DNA from: Tubulanus polymorphus
Taxonomy: Eukaryota; Animalia; Nemertea
Assembly (NCBI RefSeq): GCF_964204645.1
Contig: NC_134028.1
Location: 24,920,345-24,984,344, forward strand
Direction: 5' to 3'
DNA: 64,000 bases
Below are positions 17,329 to 61,413 of the stretch, in pieces. The translations under genes and the position numbers were made by a program. Numbering within the stretch: position 1 is the stretch's first letter; each line of letters begins with the position of its first letter. The notes beneath the pieces were generated by a model. It saw only the letters and a list, made by a program, of their open reading frames with translations. It was not told where the DNA came from and made no database searches.

Positions 17329-17743
17329 GAAATGTTCGTTTTTGCTCTATAAGTTTCGTTTTGTGTTTTTCTATAATCGAGGTCGTGTAAAAATTATTGT
17401 ATTTGGCCCTATCAGCCACCAAACATAAGGTAGAAAAAGATGTCTATATTGTAAAAAATTCACACCTGTTAATCTTTCTTTCGTATAATCTAATTTTTGT
17501 GAAATGCAAGTAAATTCATTCTCATTCATAAATGTACAGTTAATCAAGTAATCGTACGTGAATAATTTGAACTCTGACTATGACTTCATAGAGTCCCACT
17601 GCATATCTTAGTATCCGACATATTCTGAACTACATTTCTAGTTTTCAAACGGCACAACTGTGAACTTTGCACGTAACGAACAACTGCGACTATAATCATA
17701 GTCTGCAAACGATAGAGCTCTTATGTAATACGGCGGCACGAAC

Positions 17744-20700
17744 ATGAAGGTACCAGACGTAAGAATACAGGTTCTTCTACTGTGCATTTGCACTCATTTG
17801 ACGTGGATGTTTTTGATAGGGTTTGGTACTTTGAATTTCGTTTATGGTAAGTGCGCGATGGGTAATCCGTTAATAATATTTGTATAATCAATGACGACGT
17901 AGCCTAAACTAGTGTTCGAAGTCGTATCCAAGTTACGACGGATTTGTGGCGAAAGGTTTTACAATATGGGTCTTACCATCTCCAAAACCCCTTAATCAAA
18001 CCTGCATTATTTTTAGTAGTTTTGATTGCGTATTTGTGTCGATAATTCTTCGGGAATGGGTCGTCTATGAATACATATATTGTTAGTAGACGTAATTTTC
18101 GTTTTGTATTTATATGAGTTTATATACTTATATATGTATATACATATATAAACACTTAACCTGACCTAGGTGATAAACAAGATTAATTTTTAACTTTGTA
18201 TTAGTACATAGTACATATGTTTTATTTCATGTTGAGAAAGGAGAATACACCAAACTAGATCAGTTTCGTTTAAATAACCCAAAAGCTAAAAAAAAAAAAA
18301 TGCCGAATTTGTACTAAACGTTCTAGAAAAACATGTGTGAAAGAATTTCGAGGTTAATTCTGTGTTTTTCAACTCGTAGTTCTAGTAAGTGATATTTCAG
18401 GTTTTTTTCCAAAAAAAACTTTTTGCATAATTCGGATTTTTTGCGTCTTGGGGACAAATATACAAAAACAAATTCAGACGTAGTGCGTGAATAAATTATC
18501 CCCAGGACGTTTTCTTAGATATTTTTCTTGTTGTAGGCTGTGCGTTCTGTTGCTGCTTTGTACTGGGCATCGTTTCTTGCCATATTCTTTACATGCGACC
18601 TGCGAAAAGCCACTCGTGGAAATCACTCCTCGGACAATACAAGTATCTACTGACCAGAGTTAACCAAGCCGAACGACGATACAACCGATTCGTAGAAGCG
18701 TCCAAACAGTGCGCCGTGTCTCAAGAGAAAGTTCTGCGAGGGATACTGGACCACGCGAAGAACACCGAACACGGCCTACGATATCGATTCGGCGAGATTT
18801 CCACGCGCGATAAGTTCACACGTGAACACCCGCTCACCAGTTACGACTTCTATCGCGATTACGCGCGGCGTTCGATCGACGAAGGCGAGGAAAACCTCAC
18901 CGTACCCGACCCCATATTGTATTTCGGCATCACGTCCGGTTCTAGCGGTAAAAATAAGATCTACTCGCTGACCGATAGAGGGCGCCTCTTTAGAACGGAT
19001 CTATTATGGTTCCACACTGTGAAGCGACACTGTTTGATGAATCTTGGTCGACACTTTTACATCAAATATGCATCGAAATCCGTCCGTTCTAAATTTGGAC
19101 TCCCGATTGGACCGGCGTCGGTATTTGAATATTTAGTGCCCATCGAACTAAGTCCAGTCCCTAATGAGGTCTACTATATCGACGATGAACATGTCTCCTA
19201 GTACGTATTCGCGTTATTTTGCCTTCTCGAACCCGAATTAACTAGTATTGATGCTATGATGGCTCCACTTGCTTACGGATTTTGGCATACGATTAAGCTA
19301 AAATGGCCGCAAATATGTGCGGATATCGAAACCGGAAAATTAAGTATTCGGGCGCCCGATCCCGCGCATAGCACTATCGCAGCGCATCTGACCGCCAACC
19401 CGCAACGCGCGGCGTTTTTGCGCAAACATTTCAATATGGGTTTGACCGGAATAGCCAAACGAATATGGCCACGTTTGAAGGTATTTTTCATGGTTGGCTC
19501 CGGACCTCTGAGCGCATTTGCGAATATTCTAAAACAAGAAGAATTGACCGGAGTAGATGTGTGTAACGTCACTCATATCTCTACGGAAACTATAATGGGT
19601 TCAGCCGTGGCTTATCAAGGAGACCGATACGTACTTTGTATCGATCATACATTCTTCGAATTTATCCCTGACACCGATATGCACTCGGAAACACCCAAAA
19701 CCGTTCTCTTTGCCGATCAGGTAAGACTTTTCAAACGGCTCAGGCGTGGATCCAGGATTTTCAAAGTTGGGTTAAATAGAAAGTAAATAATGCGAAGGAA
19801 ACCTTCCTAAGGCACACGCCCTGGGTCCGCCCCTGGCCATGATGAATTAAAATGAAGGGTTTATCTTATATTGATCCTTCTTTTCAAAATATGTTACTGC
19901 CTTTCTTTCAACAGTCAAACCTATCTATGACGACTTGTCTTCGGATATAACGATTTATCGGTTATTACAGATTGAGCATTTCATTTCAAATTGGACAATT
20001 TTGACATTACTTACTATGGATATAACAAATATATTTTCTGCTCTCTTGAAGTTCGTTGTATCAACGTTCAACTGAGGCTGTCCAATCTATCCTCATAGTA
20101 AAAACTGACTCATATATACGAGTAGAAACATATACAACTTAATAGTTTTTTTTCTCACTTTTTCTCGTTTTTGGTCTCATTGTATTCTTCACTAATTCAC
20201 AAAAAATTCAGTTTGTGTGGCACATTTTTTATTTTCAGTTAGAAGTCAATAAATGCTATGAAATAGTGGTCACAACTCATTCGGGTCTGTACAGGTATCG
20301 AATGGGTGATGTCATCAAAGTGGTCGGTTTCTTCAACGAAAAGACGCCCATATACGAATTTATGTATAGGTAAAAATATAAAAAGTGAAATGAAATTAGT
20401 AAATCAAAACTTACGGTGCGGGGATTCGAAACAGACTCTACTACGGTTGGGTGAATACACGTGGCTTAACGAGTTCATTCTTTTTATAGGTCAGGTCAAA
20501 TGTTACAGGTAGCCGCCGAAAAAACGCCTGAGAATACGTTCTTAGAGGCGATCGTTAAAACCGAAAAACAACTGCAATACGAACTTGGCGATATGAAGTT
20601 TATCAATTACACGGCTTGCGAAAATTTCTATATCCAAAAATTAAGAAGTAGGCAACTACCCTAATATAGTTTCGGTGATTCGGTACAGCGTTACAAAATT

Positions 20701-21532
20701 TCGGAAATTGTCGTTGATGATTCACAAAATCACCACGAAGTGGATATTTTGGCACTAGTAAACGCTAATTTAAAAGATTCATTTTTCTTAATAAGGGCTA
20801 GAAAAAAGGCCCGAGTACGATTTCAGGCTCAGGATTAGGGTTATGGGAATTAGAAATTCTAAGAATTAGAATTAGATTCCGTATAATTAGAATTTGCTTA
20901 GTGTTGGGGATGGGTATATGTACAATGTTCAAGCAGCTAAAACTGATGGTCTTTAGGGGTTAGATGCTGCGCTAGCATACAGTTGGTTCAAACCTTAAAA
21001 CCTTCGCTAATATATTTTTGATGTATCCTTTAATTTTCTCAGTCCCTGAGTAAAAATCAGAATGAACTTCGTAGGCAAAATAGCGTTTACAAGAATGACG
21101 CCATATTGGCAAAATATCCACTTCCTATTATGAATATTGCTTCTTCAGAGAATAAGCTTGACGACGGTCGACACTACGTTTTATTTCTCGAAATTGAAGG
21201 GAAAAATTTAACCGAAATACAAAAGGCTCTGGTAAACAAAACAATTCGGCTTCTAATTATTAGAGGAATTAATCAATCGTTTGTTTTCATCGAATGTTTT
21301 GATGCTTTTTCTCCTTCAGTTCGATGAGAATTTGTGCAGTCTCTTCGAGAGGTACGAGCAGCTGCGGCACGCGGGTTCAATAACCGCAATGGAGATCATT
21401 CCGGTGAAATCGGGAACGTTCGACAAACTACGTGATCTGATCAGCAGTCAGAGATTCAACCCGCAGTATAAGATACCAAGAGTTCAACGGCGCGAAGAAC
21501 CGCTACGGATATTACTTGATAATATCGCTTGA
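17744..21532 (+). pseudogene. GH3-domain (GHDC-like, ANL-superfamily acyl-amido synthetase) gene, 6 exons, ~623 codons, with one in-frame TAG at 19199-19201
   Basis: Exons 17744-17846, 18537-19720, 20239-20369, 20490-20647, 21149-21231 and 21320-21532 total 1872 nt in frame. Motifs: HPLTSYDFY, TSGSSGKNK, FFEFIP, TTHSGLYRYRMGDV and QYKIPR, plus a hydrophobic N-terminus. Family call is firm; pseudogene status is uncertain. Confidence 0.85.
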
Positions 21533-22192
21533 ATTTATCGTTGAACAATACATTTGTATCCACACAACCCAATTACAGATCCTCCCGGTATTTTGCTGTG
21601 AAATTCATTTGTTTCTGTATATATGTTTGCTTTGTTTCTGTATATATTCGCCAGGGGGCGTTGAATATCAGATAAACATGGTATTTCCATATGTATTGAC
21701 AACACTGTGCATAATTTGGTAACCAAACTCGATTACTCAATTCTAGCTTATGACAAGTTTTGTGATTGCGATGAATTTTATGCCCATTGTTCACCAGAGG
21801 GTGTTGAATATTGAAATTGCCATATGGCTAATGATTTCGCCAAGTAGGCATGGTGTCCCTGGACCCTTCGTTAGTTGTTGAATTAGCTATAGAACCAAAA
21901 TGAGCGTAGATTCTCTCAAAAATGTAAGTCTTAACTGTGCACAGAAGCCACGATGCTTGATTGAAAATAGTTGATGCATGGCGCCTGGAAACTTTAAAAA
22001 AGGCTTTTTCGCAGACCAACCATAACCATGTGTTGTTCACCCGACCAAGCAACGTATCGCGATTGAAGATCTTATTATTCAGAATGACTTCAACGATCCA
22101 ATAAAATTATGATTAGTCACTATCAAAGACGTGTTCCTAATTCGTGGCGTTGATGATTAATACGATTATTTTTCAATCTAACACTCACAATT

Positions 22193-22890
22193 TATTAAAG
22201 GCCAAGATATATGGATATTTCAGTTCGCCATAAAAGCCATAAAAACTTTGTTGCATTATCTTTGCCCAATACGTATCATTTAACATGACTAGACAGCTAG
22301 ATAAATAGACTATACCAAAATAAATGCATTTCTAAGCGTTGAGTGTTAGATAGATTACTGGACTACTCCATCGTCATATTTCAACAGATGGTAAGATAAG
22401 AGCCTCCTGTCAAATTTTGTCAACGGTCTATTTCGACTATATAACAACGGAGCAAATTTCATCGTCATTCGAAAGAATTGATCTGAGGTCTACATAATCG
22501 ACAGTAATCAACAACCAGTAAAACAGAATTCTAACAATCAATCGGTGGAAATGTCATCAAAGGTAATGAATCTTTTAATAGCTGTCTCTCTAGATATGTT
22601 TTCTGTCGACTGTACTCAGAAGGTTGATTTTGTCGAAATAATTCTTCATTCAGCTGAAACTTCGATTCAAACTTGCGCGATCGCTCACATCGATAAGCAT
22701 CGAAAATAAGCAATTATACATAAATCATTACACTATAAACAACAAGACAACAAAATAGGATTTAGTAACGAGAAAGAGATGATTGATTGGATGACAGAAT
22801 GCTGAAATTTTCTGTTATTCAAATTGTGTTCTTATTAATCTGTACAAAATGTATGAATGTAATGTTTGTTGTTCGTTCCTTTGTCGCAAA
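22193..22890. repeat. Left arm of an imperfect ~600-700-bp inverted duplication (5' flank of peptide gene 1)
   Basis: atgcatttctaagcgttgagtgttagatagattactg (~22324), agctgtctctctagat (~22580) and aaacttcgattcaaacttgcgcgatcg (~22657) all have reverse-complement matches within 23505-24089. Confidence 0.9.
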
Positions 22891-23137
22891 ATGAGAAGAA
22901 GATCATTCAATCTTTCGAACGTATTTTTTGTGTATCGTGGTTTTAGTTCTGATAATGGTTGCTACGGGCGCTGCGGTCGCTCTTGACTGGGCAGCTTACG
23001 GAAAGACGTGTGAATATTGTGAATTAATCTGCTGGGTCAAATGTGTAAACCGCTTCTCTGATGAGGGTGATTTCTGCAACGTCAAGGACTGTTACGACAG
23101 AGAATGTTCGAACTGTACTGGGGCCGGTTTCTTGTGA
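22891..23137 (+). CDS. Small secreted 8-cysteine peptide, paralog 1 (one extra T in a T6 run frameshifts the signal peptide)
   Basis: Removing one T from 22924-22929 gives MRRRSFNLSNVFLCIVVLVLIMVATGAAVA-LDWAAYGKTCEYCELICWVKCVNRFSDEGDFCNVKDCYDRECSNCTGAGFL*. The ATG sits in a caaaATG context, the leader looks like a typical signal peptide, and AATAAA lies at ~23277. Confidence 0.75.
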
Positions 23138-23203
23138 GTTAAAGTTAACTCAGAGTTAAAATCAGTTCATTTTCAATGTTTCATTTCTCTGTGGACCTGG
23201 ATC
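23120..23203. mobile_element. MITE family A, degenerate copy overlapping the end of the peptide 1 CDS
   Basis: ggggccggtttc-ttgtgagttaaagttaactcagagttaaaatcagttcattttcaatg...ctgtggacctggatc matches the copy at 31134-31244. Confidence 0.75.
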
Positions 23204-23504
23204 TTGCTTAGTTACGTATGAAGTTTCGGAGCTGGATCTTTGGTTTCTCGAATTGTCACTTATTGCGATCTGATGGAATAAAATCCTTCAAAAATGTGAA
23301 ATTCATTTGTCAGTATGTCTCCTTTCTTTTCACTCAATAAATGATTTGTTGGTGAAGGATTTTGATGCGGTTCCACCCACTCCCCGTAACCTGTGGTTCG
23401 TGTAATGATTTTCTTGGCCACGAAATCTTTTTCGTTCGAACAAAAAACATTTTGTGTCCACGAAAAAAAAAAAAATTCTCACCATGTCACCACCGAGGCT
23501 CCGT

Positions 23505-24089
23505 AACAAAGGAACTAACGGAAACATTATTTCACGCATTTTATCTATAGAAACAAGTTGATTGACAGAAAATGTCAGTGATAAGTATTCTGCGATCCGA
23601 TCAACCACTCTTACCGTTTACCCAATTTTACTGCCTTAACATTGTTCATAGTGTTATAATCTATGTATAATTGCTTATTTTTTCGATGCTGATCGATGTG
23701 AACGATCGCGCAAGTTTGAATCGAAGTTTCTGGTCTACAAACAGCTGAATGAAGAATTATTTCGACAATCTGAATAAAGTCAACAGAAAACAAATCTAGA
23801 GAGACAGCTATTAAAAGGTGCATTACCTTCGACATTGTTCCTGATCGTTGATAGAATTCTATTTTACTGGATTAACAGGAGGCTCTTATTTAACCGACTG
23901 TTAAAATATAACGATGGAGCAGTCAGTAATCTATCTAACACTCAACGCTCAGAAATGCATTAGTTATGCCATCATCTAATTATCTAGCTGTCTACTCATG
24001 TTATATGATACGTTCCATACAAAATTGCAGTGGAAAAAGATGATGCAATAATAATTCTCTTTAATATCCATATCTTTGAGTCTTTAATT
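23505..24089. repeat. Right arm of the inverted duplication (flipped 5' flank of peptide gene 2)
   Basis: The reverse complement aligns along its length with 22193-22890. Confidence 0.9.
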
Positions 24090-24090
24090 G

Positions 24091-24258
24091 AAACTGGAAG
24101 TCAGATCGGGTTATAGATGCTATTCGTGTCCATCTTGTTATTTGTCCTGCAAGACCAAATGTTTGGACGTGTTCTTTGGTGTTGAATCCTGCTTAGAGGA
24201 GTGTCACGAAAATCAATGTAATAACTGTCCTCCTGATCCAGCGTTAGGCAAAAAATGA
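24091..24258 (+). pseudogene. 8-cysteine peptide paralog 2, mature region only (no ATG or signal peptide)
   Basis: The frame reads KLEVRSGYRCYSCPSCYLSCKTKCLDVFFGVESCLEECHENQCNNCPPDPALGKK*, with nearly the same Cys spacing as paralog 1. Its 3' flank (24391-24470) is a direct copy of 23227-23302, including the AATAAA. Confidence 0.75.
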
Positions 24259-24289
24259 AAAGAAAAACAATAACGAAAACCAAACCTAT

Positions 24290-24402
24290 GGATCCAGTTC
24301 CACAGTTGTCGGTTGAATTCAACTCAAATGAGCTTTTATCTTCAATCAATAGTAAACTCTGTATGTGGCGAATTTCAACCCACAACTGCGCGGAACTGGA
24401 TC
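24290..24402. mobile_element. MITE family A-related element
   Basis: Termini ggatccagttccacagttgt ... acaactgcgcggaactggatc. Confidence 0.7.
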
Positions 24403-25097
24403 TTTGGTCTCTCTAACTATCACTTGCTGCGATCTGATGAAATAAAACCATTCGAAATGTGAAATAAACTATTCTTTTGCTAATGGATATTCATACGGTT
24501 CCACTCAGTCCCCGTCTGTTCGACGTCACGTCACTCAACTTTCACAAAAACCGATGTTTCTCTGCACACGTGTCACTACACAATCTTAAAATCGAGTTGT
24601 TTTTTGTCGTTGTTAAATATTACACGCACAATAATATGTTTATGGTTTATGGACGGTTTCACTTTGCTACACGTTCATTTTCCAGGAGGATCAATCGTCA
24701 AAATTTTCTCTCGTCGTTTGAACGTCACTTGCGCATAAATTATGCAAATTATCCAATCTCTCACAAGCGATTGGACGTGACCTTCCCCAGTATTAATTCA
24801 AAACCAGGAAGCAGTAGTTTTTTTAATGTATATACGTTTTTTTTATTCGATATCAATATACAGTAGAGTATTGTCTTATTCGTTCATATTCAATTCGTAT
24901 TTACGTTAAATATAACAAATATCCATTGTAGAAAACATAAAACAGGTGTCGAAGATATTGACCGATTGATCGATGGATATAAAAAGCCAGAAAAATAGGT
25001 TTGCTTATTCTGTGTTATTGTGTAAAAAGCGTGCTAGTGATTTCAGACTATCTACGTATGAGATGAAAAATTCCTCAGTGCTACCCAGCCGTTTGAA

Positions 25098-25268
25098 CCC
25101 GCCCTCGACAGGGACTCGAACCTGATTTGATCATGCAACGGCACGAACCAGAATAGATCGGCTGTAAATGACATCGTGGCAATTCTCAAGCGACTAAATG
25201 TGCATCAGACCGATGGGTTCGGTAACAGTCGAATGCCATCAGGTTCGAATCGATGCCGAGGAAAGACG
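25098..25268. mobile_element. Family B inverted-repeat element (tRNA-like termini), short degenerate copy
   Basis: ccctcgacagggactcgaacctgat ... atcaggttcgaatcgatgccgagg; similar to 57570-57908. Confidence 0.65.
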
Positions 25269-27999
25269 AACGGTTCTCAGCGGATTCACAAAATTTTTAG
25301 TGCGCTCGACCCAAAACCAATGGAATTGCTTCAACAGAGTTCATATTGGTAACTCTGAACCTAACCGTATCTCCTTATCCTATATCTTATCCTTATCATA
25401 TCTCTAATGGTTTCTCTGATCCGGAATATTATTTATCCAGCGCCTGACGATTTAACTACGATTTTCCCGTTCGATCGGATCTGAGACCAGAACGACACGA
25501 ATCACGCAACGTTTCTCACATATCAGAGACAAATCATAAAAACCTCATCTACGAATTCTCAAAACATTGCATTCAGAAGACAAATATTCTCAACAAATCA
25601 TTGGAAAATTATAAATCATTACTGAACACGATCTTAAACATATATGGCAACCATAAAACCGGGTCTTGCTTTCGACTGAAGTGACACGTCAATCGGCCGC
25701 CGTCAACTGTTCACTTTAGCTTTCGTTTGAACGGCCGTACGTAACTTTGATTTATGGGTCCAAAGACCAGGAGCCAGCTGTACACACAGGGCTTTAAATC
25801 AACGATCATCTTAGTTCTATTGCAATCTAACGACTCAAGACAAGTTTCATGATTTAAGATCACTTTTGAACATAAGTAAGTCACGACTTTGCAACTGAGC
25901 CCTGATCAGACAGATGAAATAGACCTAACAAATCCCGCACAAAATGTTCGTCTTCGCAAGCCGAATACAGCGGATACAATTGCAATATTTGATTAAAAAG
26001 TGCGCGCGTGCTCACAACACATATGGATAGATAACTAATATGAAATACTTTATTTATATAATTTACAAAACTTAACAATGAAAGGCATTTATTATGAAAG
26101 TTCATTTAAGTCGATTATGTTCATTCACTCTTCGCTCTAGAATTTCTTACCACGCGAAATATTCTCAGAAATCAATCGAAATCATTCACACGACGACGAC
26201 GTAGATAACGTGCAATTTTACCTTTGAATCAAATGGACAACCTCGAATACTTCCGAGGATTCCAATTCCGGTAAGCAAGGATCAGGTTCGATATAGTACA
26301 GAGCAATCATACGAATCTTGTGTGCAAAATTGTAATTGTTGTATTAAACGGATTTCGTATTATCCAAATCTTGATTGATGTAAATATCTTAGCTGGGAAA
26401 TGCTGGAAACCATCGTAATAAACGTGTAAATGTATATATTTGGTGGGTCCTACGATAATGTTGAGGATTCGGGAACCAATTGAAGTTCATATGCCACCAG
26501 AAATGTTATATGAAATATAGATATGGGCTACATGCAGTAAATTCTTGAGAATTGCCATTCACGTGTGCGAATCGATTCGTCTGTGCGGAGAGAGAGATAA
26601 TTTCTATCAAAAGACATCACCAAAACATACACATACGCCCACATACACGTACATAGAAATTATAATCGTTGCAGATTTTCGTCATAATTATATATGTATG
26701 GATATATCTATAGGCAAACATTCATTAGACAAACGCGTACAACACGTAAATAATCCTGTAAGTGTGCCTGGCGCACACGAGGCGACTTTTAGTACGGGCG
26801 ATTCTTAAGCAGTCGATAGCTTGGTGTCTTCCGTGTTCTATGACTGGAGACGGAAAGGCATGCGTCTCTCCTGGCAAACACCTGTATCATGTGCCGACTT
26901 GTCAAGATGGCCACGCTACTGCCTTCGAATCACATGATAATTATTCGCTCACACATAGGCTAGTTGATAAGTTGCTTTTGGCGCCTTCAGCTGCCACACA
27001 CACGGGCAACTCCGAGCAATTGATGATCGATTTCTGGGCGACGAGAAATTTCCCGTCGCCCAAAATTAAACATGTCTGATATTGCGCGACGCGGAACAAA
27101 TCTACAACGAGCAATTTCTGTCTCCTGGTGCCGCAGACGAGCGATTTATTTCGTTCGACACCGAGCAAATCGGGCTGTTGCTCGTGAATTGCTGTAAAAC
27201 GTCGCCCGTTGAGCGCCAGTAACAACAATTTCATACTCAATCAATTCAATTGTCCTAAACGCGATTAAAGTATATAATAACGATAATCATGATAATAATA
27301 ATAGTAATGATTTCAAAAATAAGAATGGTAATAATGATAACGATGATAATGTACTTTGCCAGTTGACAGCAGTTGGTATTGTGCAATAACATTGAAAATC
27401 TGTTAATAAAATCGAAACGATCACAATACAACGTGTTTAAGTAGAGTTTATAGTTGTAGACATAGATATTTTTGGCAGTGTTTTTTACTCGGTCGCCGAG
27501 AGCTGGGGATTATTTGCGGAGTATATCATTCATTTTCAAACGGAATCATTCCTGGGTGGTTTAGAACGGATAGCGAACCTCGAGAGATTTGGAATCCGTT
27601 GAAAATCGTAGGTCTCACTTCCCTGAAGCATCAATGCAGTTATCAATCTATAGAGTTTGGACTGATCCTGTCAGATATTTTTGGTATGATGTCTTGACGA
27701 TCGCTATTTGGAAGTGTGCTGATAGAATGTCTAATACCTGCTGTTTGTGGTTGATTTGTTCCAGGTGAAGTCCTGATTACATGGAAGCCTTGACGATCAA
27801 ATAATGCTAATGGTGACGTGACGTATCGAATGTCTGAAGGTTGTGGGTCCATTCTGCAGATTGATATCTGCATTAAGATGGTCAGAGATAAGATCTCAAC
27901 AATAAGTTATGCGGAACTTGTCAAAAATCGTCGCCGATTGTTTTATGCCGACGGCTCCGAATTCAAGGGATTCCATTCCAAGTTTCCACAGCAGAAGAT

Positions 28000-61413
<33,414 letters not shown>

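Noticed and set aside
19199-19201. Pyrrolysine, selenocysteine or an alternative genetic code
   Set aside because: Selenocysteine uses TGA and pyrrolysine is not known in animals. No other in-frame TAG occurs in the thousands of codons reconstructed in this window.
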